IMG/VR virus record: IMGVR_UViG_3300042870_001240
Origin: a virus
Lineage: Duplodnaviria; Caudoviricetes
Strand: one strand, 5' to 3'
DNA: 64,000 nucleotides
Numbering within the stretch: position 1 is the stretch's first letter; every line of letters begins with the position of its first letter. Shown here piece after piece: positions 48,706 to 58,978 of the stretch. The notes below the pieces were generated by a model. The model saw only the letters and a program-made list of their open reading frames with translations. It had not been told where the DNA came from and did not search any database. The position numbers were made by a program, and so were the translations under genes.

Positions 48706-48763
48706 ATAAATTAAAATAGTAGTCCCGACAGGACTCAAACCTGTGACCTACGGAACTGTTTGA

Positions 48764-48940
48764 CTAAATTTTCTTAACCTCGTATTTGTAACCCGAATCA
48801 GAGTTTTGTTCAAATAGTACTCTCATAGATTCCGCTTCCTCAAGAGTGTCAAACTCCCAAATTTCCGAATCACCATTAATTAAAATTACAGGAACGTTAA
48901 TACCTGATTTATTTTTTACGTGTTTAATAATAACAAACAT
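48764..48940 (-). CDS. small hypothetical protein (58 aa, not in ORF track)
   Basis: MFVIIKHVKNK...WEFDTLEEAE...YEVKKI*. Confidence 0.6.
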   Translation of the reverse strand: MFVIIKHVKNKSGINVPVILINGDSEIWEFDTLEEAESMRVLFEQNSDSGYKYEVKKI

Positions 48941-48994
48941 ATCTTTTATTTTTTGTAAATGTAAGAATATTTTTTTAAAAAATCAAAGTTAATC

Positions 48995-50809
48995 TCAACC
49001 TTTTCTTCTGTTATTACTACTAAAAATATTTGGAGGAGAACTTTTTTTATTTTTTTTAACGTCACCAAACTCTCTTGATTGATAGACTAATGAATCTTTT
49101 TTAATTTCGGTTATCTTCATTCTGTCAACAGGTTTATTTTCTCTAATAGGTTTTATATGATTTACAGGGATATAAACTCCTTTTTGTTGGGTAATTTTAT
49201 TTATTAAATCATAATCAACCTTTGTTTTAGGTAATTTGGGGTTAGTTAGAATATTACTCAACACCTCATTAACAACCATCTTTTTATGTTTAATTTCATC
49301 GAACCCTTCAATAGGGTTAAAATGATTGACAAAAACTTCGTAGAATTGAGATATCTGTAACATAGGTAAAGGTCCAAATGTTTTTTTATTTTCAATGAGG
49401 TTATTATATTTAGTCCTCACTATTGACCCATAACCTGTCTGTCTTGATTGTGTTAAACTATTTTGATGTAGTCTTCTATAAAATAAAACTGTTGGGCTAT
49501 TAATTGATTTACAATTATTTTTATATAACCTACCCATAAAATCTGTATCAGCCGATGTTCTCCAACCTTCAAACCCATTCATAGATAAGAATAACTCTTT
49601 TTTTATACTAAAAACCCCTTCACCCCAAAAGTTTTCTTTACTTACAAAATTATTGTTAGGTGTTTCTCCTGTAAAATTTAAATATTTAGGTCTTACGAAA
49701 TCAATAAACATTTGTAATCTAAGAATTTCTTTAATCATATTTTCCCCCATAACATCATCGGAATCAAAAAATAGAATTATATTTGAATTAGAATTTTTAA
49801 CTAATGTGTTTTTAACAATGTATGGTCCAACATTTTGTTGGAAATAGAAAAATCGTATCCTATCATCAAAAATATTATGTTTAATAAACTCTAAAGTTTT
49901 TTCACAATTATCGATACCCACTAAAATTTCACAATTCAACGACTTTACCGACTCAATAACTGACGATAAACATTGTATTATAAATTCGGTATTATTAAAC
50001 GTAGGTATTATTATTGAAATCTCTTTGTTTGTCAGTATGTTAATTTGAGGTCGGTTAATATATTTTAATTTAATATCATTAAAAGACTCACCATTAACTT
50101 CAATAAAAGGAGCAATCTTTAACACATTTAAAGGTCCATGTTGGTTTTTTATTTGTTTTATTTTCTTTTTTTCGTGATATTTTTTTCTTAAAGGAGAATT
50201 CATACCAGTAATACCACCACCCGTTAAATTCGACTCATGTCTTCTATAAAAAAGACCCACCGTATTTAAAGTTTTTATTTTTTTTCCACTGGACAACATC
50301 CTCCAATAAAACTCACCATCCGAAGCACAAACCCACGGCTCAAACCCATTTGAGTCAGTAAAAACTTTTTTAATTATTCCAAAAGTACCTGAATGGTAGT
50401 TGGAATCAGTCATAACCAATTCTATATTAGTAGGTAATGTAAGTTTTCCTTGGAATGTCCTATACCCATATCTAACATAATCATAAGATTTTAAAGAGTC
50501 GATAACCTTAGTTACTAACGTAGTTAACATAACATCATCAGAATCAAAAAATAATAGTTTATCATATTTTGAAATTGATACCAAAGTATTACGAATAATA
50601 TACGTCCCGACTTTTTCGGTAAAAAAAAGAATTTTAATATTTGGGGGGAATGTTTTCTTAATTAAATTAAGATATGTTAAGGTTTTTTCACAGTTATCAA
50701 TACCAACAAGTAACTCATATTCAGTATTTCCACAAGACTTTACTATAGAATCTAAAGCCTCTTTAATATAAAGAGTGTTATTGTGTGCGGTTACAATTAT
50801 TGATATCAT
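48995..50809 (-). CDS. tandem double GT2 glycosyltransferase
   Basis: Two ISIIV/IIP...GIDNC...FFDSDD domains. Confidence 0.85.
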   Translation of the reverse strand: MISIIVTAHNNTLYIKEALDSIVKSCGNTEYELLVGIDNCEKTLTYLNLIKKTFPPNIKILFFTEKVGTYIIRNTLVSISKYDKLLFFDSDDVMLTTLVTKVIDSLKSYDYVRYGYRTFQGKLTLPTNIELVMTDSNYHSGTFGIIKKVFTDSNGFEPWVCASDGEFYWRMLSSGKKIKTLNTVGLFYRRHESNLTGGGITGMNSPLRKKYHEKKKIKQIKNQHGPLNVLKIAPFIEVNGESFNDIKLKYINRPQINILTNKEISIIIPTFNNTEFIIQCLSSVIESVKSLNCEILVGIDNCEKTLEFIKHNIFDDRIRFFYFQQNVGPYIVKNTLVKNSNSNIILFFDSDDVMGENMIKEILRLQMFIDFVRPKYLNFTGETPNNNFVSKENFWGEGVFSIKKELFLSMNGFEGWRTSADTDFMGRLYKNNCKSINSPTVLFYRRLHQNSLTQSRQTGYGSIVRTKYNNLIENKKTFGPLPMLQISQFYEVFVNHFNPIEGFDEIKHKKMVVNEVLSNILTNPKLPKTKVDYDLINKITQQKGVYIPVNHIKPIRENKPVDRMKITEIKKDSLVYQSREFGDVKKNKKSSPPNIFSSNNRRKG

Positions 50810-51420
50810 TTCACGGGTTTTTCTCCTTCGTTTAATTTTGATAATGTATTATTATCATGAATAACTAATTTTACATCACCAATTGCTGGAATGTAAATAA
50901 TATTTCTAGTTATTCTAGGTAACAAGTCGTGTACTTGGTCAAAAATCCCATTTTTTACTTTTTTCTGTATTAAAGTTGAAAACATAGAACATACTTTACT
51001 ATAATCCCTACTATGAAAATAATCTTTTCCTGTTAAATCATCATGTTTATAGGGGTGAAAGTTTAAAATAAAATCATCATATTTAGATTTATTATTTTCA
51101 TACAATTGATGTATTTTTTCTATATAATTAGGTGACATATAATCATCACAATCATGTCTTGTTTGGATTGTAATATCATTATTTATCGCATATTCTCGAT
51201 AATCGTTTTTAACGTCCCCAAACATTAAAATCTCAATATTTTTATCAATAGAATCTCTTATTGTTTGATAATGTAATGGGTTCACTATTAAAGCAATTTT
51301 AAAATTTTTATCTGTTTGAGAATTTATTGAGGGTATATAATATTTTTTTATTGCTGAAAAATACTTATTAAACCTTTCATCATCTTTAAAATTACATCTG
51401 GTTACTATTAAATGTTTCAT
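50806..51420 (-). CDS. putative GT-A glycosyltransferase
   Basis: LIVTRCN...IPSINSQT...TRHDCDD. Confidence 0.6.
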   Translation of the reverse strand: MKHLIVTRCNFKDDERFNKYFSAIKKYYIPSINSQTDKNFKIALIVNPLHYQTIRDSIDKNIEILMFGDVKNDYREYAINNDITIQTRHDCDDYMSPNYIEKIHQLYENNKSKYDDFILNFHPYKHDDLTGKDYFHSRDYSKVCSMFSTLIQKKVKNGIFDQVHDLLPRITRNIIYIPAIGDVKLVIHDNNTLSKLNEGEKPVK

Positions 51421-51429
51421 ATTGTTAAT

Positions 51430-52110
51430 TTAACTATTAAAAAATTTATTTCTTACATTATACAATTGAGCTTTATTCCCTAATTTTTGGAATTTTAATA
51501 CAGGACTATACGTTAAAATATCTTTTTTAGTTGAGTTCTCTTTCCCAATCCATCGTTCCCAATAATACCTATGACTTGTTGGTTCAGGGGGAGTAAGATG
51601 TTCTTTAACATACCTTGACCTAATCCAAAAAAAATTATACCAAATAAACCCAAATTCACTAGGAAAAATTCCACCAATGTCTAAAGTTTTATTTTTTAAA
51701 AATTCGTTTAAATATTCTTCATAATTTTCAATTGTGTATTTAAATAATTGTCCTCTTAAAATATTCCTTTCAGGATATTTTACATTAGAAAACATACCTT
51801 TAGTATGAAAATATAAAATTATTGAATCCTCTTTTTGGGATAAGTCGTAGATTGATTTAATTCCTGGATATTCATACATATTTTTTTCAACTCTATTGAA
51901 TATTTGAATCTTCTTAAACTTACTCCATAAATGTTGTTTTATTCGTTTTAACTGTTGGTCATTACACTGTAGACTAATATAAATTTCATCGGCATCATCA
52001 TATATCTTAGAATTTTTTAATGACCATAATTGTTCTAAAACAATTTCCTCCCATTTATCCTCTAATAAGGATGCGAAATATACTATTTTTACTTTTTCGT
52101 CACCAATCAT
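51430..52110 (-). CDS. putative glycosyltransferase/polysaccharide-modifying protein
   Basis: YEYPGI, ILYFHTKG, NFFW, YYWERWIG; adjacent to GTs. Confidence 0.5.
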   Translation of the reverse strand: MIGDEKVKIVYFASLLEDKWEEIVLEQLWSLKNSKIYDDADEIYISLQCNDQQLKRIKQHLWSKFKKIQIFNRVEKNMYEYPGIKSIYDLSQKEDSIILYFHTKGMFSNVKYPERNILRGQLFKYTIENYEEYLNEFLKNKTLDIGGIFPSEFGFIWYNFFWIRSRYVKEHLTPPEPTSHRYYWERWIGKENSTKKDILTYSPVLKFQKLGNKAQLYNVRNKFFNS

Positions 52111-52192
52111 AATATCAATCTCTTTATATCAATTAAATATACTTTCGTTTCGAATCTTGTAAATTATTACTCGGTGGAGTTATATAAAACAC

Positions 52193-52219
52193 AAAAGGGT
52201 GTCTTTCAACACCCTATTT
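52193..52219 (-). terminator. intrinsic terminator
   Basis: AGGGTGT-TGAAAG-ACACCCT then T tract on minus strand. Confidence 0.7.
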
Positions 52220-52286
52220 GCTTGATTTGGATACCCCCTTTCTTTAATTTGGTTTATCCCGTGTGAGTAATTACCTCACAGGTATT

Positions 52287-54008
52287 TTAAGAAGTTGCTA
52301 ACGCTTTTTGTTTTAACGTGTCGGTAGCAACATTCATCTTATTTTTAACTCCTCCAAGTAACGGACAGATAAAACTTCCTAACGCTTCTTCGATTTTAGA
52401 ACCCAAAGAAGTTTCGTCTAACATATCAACAATTGAGTTTCTAAGTATATCGTAGAACGGACCTTCAAGACCTTTTTCGTGAGTTAATTTTCTAACCGTC
52501 CCTTCAGCAACTGACTTTGAAATTAATTTTGTTAAGAAATTACAATCAGTTAATTTAGGAATGTCCCCAATCGGTAAGTTACCAATAGCGGTGATAACAA
52601 TACTTCCTAACCATCCGTTAGAATCCATAGGAGTTAAATGTTCAACTAACCATTTAGCAATGTATTCTTTAAAATATTCCATAATACCATCAGGTGCATG
52701 ACCAAATAAACCTTTCAATGTATCCCAAAATCCTTCGTTAATAATTTTTTTGTCAAATCCTTGTGAGTTTAAATAAGTCATTTCAGATAACAATTCATCA
52801 AAAAACTTATCTTTTTGTTTTTTAGTTTTAAGACTAACATTTTCTGAAATAATTGATAATCTAGCCTTAACTATTTTACCCTCACTTAACACATTTCTTT
52901 CTTTAGTTTTTTTAGTTTCAATTAAACTTTCTCTAATTAGATTTTTTAATTGTTTTTCTTTACTTTCTCTTTGAACTGTTGACCCTGCATTAACATTTAA
53001 ACTATAGTCAGTTAGACCACCTGTTTGTGTTTGTACGGGATTCGCAAATTGTAATCTTTCCGCCGATTTTGCAAATTTAGGGTAATTATTTATACAATTT
53101 CTAATTACAGGTTTCATCATTTTAAGTCTTTCGGGACTTAACTCTAATTTTTTATCATACGCATTACCGTAAAGTTCAATCGCATTTTTACAAGAAACTT
53201 TTCTTGTTTTTTCATCACCTGATTTAGCACTGTTCACCGCTACATCTAATTTTTTAATAACGTCCGCATCAGCTAAAATATTAGGATTGTAGTACATGTA
53301 ATACGTTGTTTGAAAATCCTTATAAGTTTCAGGATTATCCGATTCAAGTGATAAGTCAGCAACGATATAACCAAAAGAACTTCCTTCAGGTAAATCTTTT
53401 TTCTCAATCCAACCTAATGTTTTCCTTCTTTCAACAGTTTTAGTTGATAAGTCTAAATCGTATTGTTGCGCCCCTTTTTTAACCCAAACTTTTGCGACAC
53501 CAATATTATTTCCTAAGATTTTAACAAGTTCCTCAGCATAAGGTGAATTCTTATTTTCAATAGTTGTAATTGCATCGGATAGTTTAACTAATGTCCAACC
53601 TTCACCTACAGGTTTTTCAACACCCTCGTTCCAAGCAACAACTTGATTTGATGTAAATTCAGCTAAACGGCCTAAAGCTTTTTGTTGGTCAGGAGTTAAA
53701 ATAGAATCTTGAGTTTTATTTAATTTTTCGCAATACCATTTTGTTGTTCTAACAATTTTACCTGCTTTATCTCCTGTGGTTCTCCACTCTCTTTTTCCAT
53801 CAGGGAAGTCAAATACGTGAGGATTAGCTTTATTATCGGGGTTTGTTGATTGTTGGTAAACAACCTCTCCACCCCCCTTTGGGTCAATAAATGGTCCGGT
53901 GACTTTAGGCCAACATCCTGCGGTAAACGCTTTTTGAAGTTTTTCTTCTTTGAATTGAGCTGCCCCTGGATTAAGTACGTCTTCTTTTATAAATCTTTTA
54001 TTTTTCAT
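52287..54008 (-). CDS. large putative virion/internal protein
   Basis: Multiple (I/L)xE motifs; amphipathic C-terminus. Confidence 0.55.
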   Translation of the reverse strand: MKNKRFIKEDVLNPGAAQFKEEKLQKAFTAGCWPKVTGPFIDPKGGGEVVYQQSTNPDNKANPHVFDFPDGKREWRTTGDKAGKIVRTTKWYCEKLNKTQDSILTPDQQKALGRLAEFTSNQVVAWNEGVEKPVGEGWTLVKLSDAITTIENKNSPYAEELVKILGNNIGVAKVWVKKGAQQYDLDLSTKTVERRKTLGWIEKKDLPEGSSFGYIVADLSLESDNPETYKDFQTTYYMYYNPNILADADVIKKLDVAVNSAKSGDEKTRKVSCKNAIELYGNAYDKKLELSPERLKMMKPVIRNCINNYPKFAKSAERLQFANPVQTQTGGLTDYSLNVNAGSTVQRESKEKQLKNLIRESLIETKKTKERNVLSEGKIVKARLSIISENVSLKTKKQKDKFFDELLSEMTYLNSQGFDKKIINEGFWDTLKGLFGHAPDGIMEYFKEYIAKWLVEHLTPMDSNGWLGSIVITAIGNLPIGDIPKLTDCNFLTKLISKSVAEGTVRKLTHEKGLEGPFYDILRNSIVDMLDETSLGSKIEEALGSFICPLLGGVKNKMNVATDTLKQKALATS

Positions 54009-54030
54009 ATTTCTTATGTTGTTTTTAATT

Positions 54031-55404
54031 TTAATCTACGTTAGTATATTCCGTTTCTCTATCGGGACCTGGTGACGTTGTAGTAGTAGTTCCACCACAA
54101 TTAGCCATAATTTTATCATAAATTTCTTGAGTGATTATCACATCATATCCTTTACTCTTAAGGGCTTTTTCTGTGTCAGAACCAAATTTACCGTCAGACG
54201 TTATTCCTAAACAATCTTGGATTTTTTTGATGTCATCATTTTTACATCCTTTTTTGTATGGGAATGATGTACAGTTAGTCCATGTGGTTCCACCTCCGTT
54301 TGAAACACATTTTTCACCATCCCAAGTTTGACCTTCGGGACATTTATCAACATCAGAGACTAACCCTTCACAAGACATCGCATAATCAGTTCCATTAACA
54401 GTTATAACTATACCACTATCCGTTTCGTCCCATTTTCCTGTATATTTGTCATTTCCTGTGACAAATTTTTTATCATCAAAAAATTTACCACCACCATTTG
54501 TATCAATAGCCTTATTACCCGTATCAGTTATTAACACATAGTCCAAACCTTCTTCACCCATTTTTTGTAAATCCTCTTCTGGAATATTTTTACTAATACA
54601 GTCAGGGAATGGTTTTGAGCCTTCGTCCATCCACCATCTATATAAAAGATATAGTCCACCTGCGGCTAACAGATATTTAAATATTTTACCTCTTGTCATA
54701 CCAACAATTTTAGTTTTGAAACTTTGCCACATTGTTGGTTTTCCTGGTATCGGTTTTAAGTTTTTAGGTCTTTGTTTTACAGGTAGTTTTGTATTTTTTA
54801 CAGGAGGGGTTTTACCACCTTTGACAGGAGGGGTTTTACCACCTTTGACAGGGGATATTTTACTAAGACCTTTTTTATTTGCAAATTTTGCAGCAATTTC
54901 GTCCGCGATTGCTGGGTCGTATCCTTTTTTAACTAAACTCTTACTAACTTGGGTCTGAGTCATGTTCGCATATCTAACGTCTTTAACCGCCATGTCCGCG
55001 GCTTTATTAGTAAGTGTAGTTCTTAAACTACCTGTGGCCTTACCTGTTTTCATAAGTCCTTTTGCTAATTCACTTAATTGGGCTTTATTTAACGTATTTT
55101 TGATTAACGCGGTCATAACTTCATCACCACTACTTAAACCTATTTTTCCGTATATTTTAACATCATTAAATAACGTAACACCAGCCGTATATTTAAGGTT
55201 TCTTGTTGTTTTTAAAGCTAAAGCCGCCGCTTCATCACTAGTTCCCAAAATCGATTTAAGCAAGGCTTTACCCGTTTGTTCGGAAATTATTTTTTTGGAC
55301 TCAACCAATTTAATTATCTCTATGTTTTCACTTAACGTGTTTTTACTATCATAACTCATTAATAGTTTTACTCTGTTAAGTTCTTCTAATACTATGTTTT
55401 TCAT
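54031..55404 (-). CDS. putative virion/ejection protein with a C-terminal PG-binding domain
   Basis: IKKIQDCLGITSDGKFGSDTEKAL; hydrophobic YLLAAGGLYLLYRWW; PVKGGKTP repeats. Confidence 0.6.
   Translation of the reverse strand: MKNIVLEELNRVKLLMSYDSKNTLSENIEIIKLVESKKIISEQTGKALLKSILGTSDEAAALALKTTRNLKYTAGVTLFNDVKIYGKIGLSSGDEVMTALIKNTLNKAQLSELAKGLMKTGKATGSLRTTLTNKAADMAVKDVRYANMTQTQVSKSLVKKGYDPAIADEIAAKFANKKGLSKISPVKGGKTPPVKGGKTPPVKNTKLPVKQRPKNLKPIPGKPTMWQSFKTKIVGMTRGKIFKYLLAAGGLYLLYRWWMDEGSKPFPDCISKNIPEEDLQKMGEEGLDYVLITDTGNKAIDTNGGGKFFDDKKFVTGNDKYTGKWDETDSGIVITVNGTDYAMSCEGLVSDVDKCPEGQTWDGEKCVSNGGGTTWTNCTSFPYKKGCKNDDIKKIQDCLGITSDGKFGSDTEKALKSKGYDVIITQEIYDKIMANCGGTTTTTSPGPDRETEYTNVD
54800..54852. 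repeat. 24-bp tandem repeat (PVKGGKTP)
   Basis: acaggaggggttttaccacctttg x2 plus a partial unit. Confidence 0.85.
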
Positions 55405-55424
55405 ATCTATTTTGTTTTATTTTT

Positions 55425-56867
55425 TTAAAGTTCGAATTCTAAATCATCCACATTTATATTTTGTTGTAATTGGTCTTGTATTTCTTTTTCCGCTTGTTTA
55501 ATTTGTTCAGGTGTAACTTCACCATTTTCTATTTTTTCAGTACATGTTGCCCCATTTAATCCTAACGCCGCACAAAGTGCCGTTGTGACTAAAAATGCGT
55601 TACCCGCTGATTTAACAATAACACCTTTAGCAGGAATTACCTTACCTAAATCAGGTCTATAGGATTTATTTAAAAAGTCCTTAGCTTTTTGTCCAGTACT
55701 AACAGGTTTAATTTTGGTTGACGCCTTTGTGGCGATTTTGCCTCCACTACCCGCAACCATATCGTCAGTTATTTTACTTAATTGAGCGGTAGCTCTTGAC
55801 CCCCAACTTTTTAATGTTGTCATTCCTAATTTTTCACCAAGCCAAGTAGCGGCTTGGGTTATATAACCACCCAATTTAACTATTCCACCTTTAATGGCGT
55901 TAAATACTTTTAATAATACTCCTCCTTTAGAAACCGCAGCTTTACCTAAACTAGCAAAACTTTTAATCCCCATGGTTGCCGCTTTAACAACTTTACCCAA
56001 GGCAGGTAATAATAATGAAATAGCGTCAATCACAATATCCATAACAGACCATTGATATTCACCCGATTCATATTTACCACTCATCATTTTATATAAATCC
56101 CAAAGAAGTAATGCTCCAAAAATAATAACTGTTGGTATTTGACCGATTGCAGGAATCATAGATATTCCTGTTAATACAGCAACACCACCTGCAGACATAA
56201 CTGCTCCTCTAATACCCTCCATTAAACACTCAACAAAATTATTTGATAAACATTTATATGCGGATTTAACGGCATTTTTAACGGTGTCCCAAAGAGCGGC
56301 ACCTTTTTCTTTAGCGTAATTCCAAATACCTTTTTGTTGTATTTGATTTATTTGTGATGCTCCCCATTTTGCAAATTGTTGGGTTTTTTCTTTACCATAA
56401 TTGTAAACATTTTTAGCTCCTTTGACAACTGCCCTACCCCAATCCGCAGGATTATACCATTGTTCTAAAAGGACCTTAAACGATTCCCATGACTCAGTAA
56501 TTCTTGATTCAATAATAAGTCTATCGACAGATTCGTTAATTAATAATAAATCACCACCAAATATATTCTCCCATTCTTTAATTAAGGTTATGGAATTTTT
56601 GGGTCTGTATATTTCAATAATATTGGCTAAAAATTTTCTTGGTGCTGCGGCGTACTCGACAAGGTCTAATTGACCTGTCTTAAATTTAAAATCAAAATTT
56701 TCTTTCATAATGTCTATAGCGACATTTAAATTATTATAGGTATATGAAAGGTAATTTTTACCATTTAAGTCGTTTAACTGTTCAGAAAGTTTTACAACGC
56801 CTCTATTTGTAAAAACATATTGTAAATTATGTGACACTCCTTCAAAGGATAGTTTTGTTTTTTTCAT
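55425..56867 (-). CDS. putative virion/ejection protein with Gly/Ala-rich hydrophobic helices
   Basis: AGGVAVLTGISMIPAIGQIPTVIIFGALLLW; TATTTAT at 56875-56881. Confidence 0.55.
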   Translation of the reverse strand: MKKTKLSFEGVSHNLQYVFTNRGVVKLSEQLNDLNGKNYLSYTYNNLNVAIDIMKENFDFKFKTGQLDLVEYAAAPRKFLANIIEIYRPKNSITLIKEWENIFGGDLLLINESVDRLIIESRITESWESFKVLLEQWYNPADWGRAVVKGAKNVYNYGKEKTQQFAKWGASQINQIQQKGIWNYAKEKGAALWDTVKNAVKSAYKCLSNNFVECLMEGIRGAVMSAGGVAVLTGISMIPAIGQIPTVIIFGALLLWDLYKMMSGKYESGEYQWSVMDIVIDAISLLLPALGKVVKAATMGIKSFASLGKAAVSKGGVLLKVFNAIKGGIVKLGGYITQAATWLGEKLGMTTLKSWGSRATAQLSKITDDMVAGSGGKIATKASTKIKPVSTGQKAKDFLNKSYRPDLGKVIPAKGVIVKSAGNAFLVTTALCAALGLNGATCTEKIENGEVTPEQIKQAEKEIQDQLQQNINVDDLEFEL

Positions 56868-56888
56868 CTATTTTATAAATATCGTGGT

Positions 56889-57137
56889 TTACAATAAAGT
56901 GTTGGCTTTTCCTCGGTTAACTTTAACAATATCCGACCATTTAGTTTTTGTCACTTGATTTGCCGGTCCTGTTCTTGCAACACCTGTCTCCCATTTGGTC
57001 ACAGTAGGATATTTTGCACCACCTCCACCACCACCACTTGGTGATGCCGCAGCATCTTGTTCTCCAAGTTCCCCCTCATTTTCTTTTAGGGTATATTCCT
57101 TCATTAAGGAAATTATATAGTCAACATCATTTATCAT
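56889..57137 (-). CDS. small putative internal head protein
   Basis: LKENE...ELGEQ motifs; TATTTAT at 57142-57148. Confidence 0.55.
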   Translation of the reverse strand: MINDVDYIISLMKEYTLKENEGELGEQDAAASPSGGGGGGAKYPTVTKWETGVARTGPANQVTKTKWSDIVKVNRGKANTLL

Positions 57138-57197
57138 ACTAATAAATATTTTGTTTTGAAAAAAATACGTATATTTGTAGAAATATAAATTATAACT

Positions 57198-57704
57198 ATG
57201 AAAAGACTAATATTTGTTTCTCTATGTGTGATGTTTTTAACGTCTTGTTTAAAATATTCTGAACCAACATTATTAAGTTTAAGTGGTGAATATGTTGTAG
57301 ATAGGATTACTTACTCAAAAGTTGAAAACTCAACTTCACATGGAGATTCCACATATCTTCCAGGAACAACATATATTAACCCTAATGATGTTTTTCCTAT
57401 GGATAGTGTTAGTGTTGGGTTTACCAAATGGCATTTGGATTATAGTGTTATTTCATTTTGTCCAACAACATTACTATCGGGCCAAGTAATTTGGGGTAAA
57501 CAATATTTTTATAAGACTATCGGGAACCATACTATATACGACTTAGGATACATTCAATTCGATGTTAACTCAAGTTCAAGAACGTTTAAAATTATTAGTG
57601 ATGATGTTGAAAGTTTAACATTACGTACAACAGGGTTATGGTCGAGCGGTAGTTCGGGTCCTGAAGAGTCCGTTACAATACACTTAACGAGAATCGGTCC
57701 TTAA
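57198..57704 (+). CDS. lipoprotein
   Basis: MKRLIFVSLCVMFLTS-C lipobox; TATATTTG at 57170-57177. Confidence 0.75.
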   Translation: MKRLIFVSLCVMFLTSCLKYSEPTLLSLSGEYVVDRITYSKVENSTSHGDSTYLPGTTYINPNDVFPMDSVSVGFTKWHLDYSVISFCPTTLLSGQVIWGKQYFYKTIGNHTIYDLGYIQFDVNSSSRTFKIISDDVESLTLRTTGLWSSGSSGPEESVTIHLTRIGP

Positions 57705-58012
57705 AATAAATCTGAGTTAGGTAGTTTAGTCGGGTAGATTAAATAGTATTCATTTAAGAATGATGTGATTTCTTGGTCGTCAACAACTTTATTGTCTTCT
57801 TCATAATTGTCATCCTCATAATCTTCATCGAGTAATGTTCTGTAGTTATCTGTTATGTCTGAAACAAAGTCATAACCAAAATCGGTTATTTCGTCAAAGT
57901 CAATTTTATCTTCTCTAATTTCATCCTCTCCATCTAAAGTGGTTCTAAATGTAACATCAAGAGTTTTTGATGAATCATTTAAGTAATATGATACTAATTC
58001 TTTAATTTCCAT
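57701..58012 (-). CDS. acidic hypothetical protein
   Basis: ORF. Confidence 0.65.
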   Translation of the reverse strand: MEIKELVSYYLNDSSKTLDVTFRTTLDGEDEIREDKIDFDEITDFGYDFVSDITDNYRTLLDEDYEDDNYEEDNKVVDDQEITSFLNEYYLIYPTKLPNSDLF

Positions 58013-58071
58013 GTTTTTTTAATTTAAATAATTTAATTATACATAAGAAATATCTCAAAAATATTGAAAAG

Positions 58072-58626
58072 TTATAGATTTTTAAATCTTCTGAACATAT
58101 CTAATGATTTGTTAACTTGTTCTTGTAGAGAACTAATGATTTCATCATCCTCCTCATCATCGTTAGATAAACCTAAAACATCTTCAATATCCATATCCTC
58201 AAATTCAGGTTCTTCATCATCACCGTAATATGGGTTATACATACTTAAATCTTTATAATCGTCTTCCTCGTTGTCACCATAATCTGTTCCTGGCCAAGTA
58301 CTTGCGTCATCATCTTCAAACGTTCCATGTTCTAAATCATCGTCACCATCACCAATCATATCCAATTGTTCTCCAACACTCACCATGTAAGATTCTTCCT
58401 CCTCACTTTCAAGGACACTTTCGTTAATTCCCATATTTTTATATGTGGTAACCTGACCTTTATTATTAATAGTTATACCCTTTTTATCATTCGCAAAATC
58501 TTGAGTATATAACGGTTGTTCATTTGGTTTGGCGTAGTTTGTTACATATCCGTCATAGACATGTTTATGTTGGTCAAGAATACTAGTTTTTTCCTCATTT
58601 GTCATTTTAAAAAAATATTGGTTCAT
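58072..58626 (-). CDS. acidic putative internal head protein
   Basis: MTNEEKTSILDQH leader; TATTTAT at 58644-58650. Confidence 0.6.
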   Translation of the reverse strand: MNQYFFKMTNEEKTSILDQHKHVYDGYVTNYAKPNEQPLYTQDFANDKKGITINNKGQVTTYKNMGINESVLESEEEESYMVSVGEQLDMIGDGDDDLEHGTFEDDDASTWPGTDYGDNEEDDYKDLSMYNPYYGDDEEPEFEDMDIEDVLGLSNDDEEDDEIISSLQEQVNKSLDMFRRFKNL

Positions 58627-58687
58627 AATGATTTGTTTTAAATATAAATATGTTGATTTGATGGAATATTTTTTTTATCCTTAAACT

Positions 58688-58978
58688 ATGAAAGTAGATA
58701 TAGACGAATACGCAGAAGGAGCAATCTTATTAGACGGTTTAGAGGAAGCAATTATTGGTATTGTTGAGGAATTTGGTAATGGTAGACGAATACTTTATTC
58801 AAAATCTAAGATTTTATCTATATTACAAATTAGAGACGGAATGACTGAACAAGAGTCCGAAGAATTCTACGATTATAATATTTTAGGACTCTACGCTGGT
58901 GAACAGAACGCTGTCTTTTTAGACTTAAATGTTACCCCAACAAAAAAGAACGATGTATGGGATTTTATTTTAGAATAG
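58688..58978 (+). CDS. hypothetical phage protein
   Basis: DGLEEAIIG...YS...M...E..EF.DYNI.G.YAGE. Confidence 0.7.
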   Translation: MKVDIDEYAEGAILLDGLEEAIIGIVEEFGNGRRILYSKSKILSILQIRDGMTEQESEEFYDYNILGLYAGEQNAVFLDLNVTPTKKNDVWDFILE

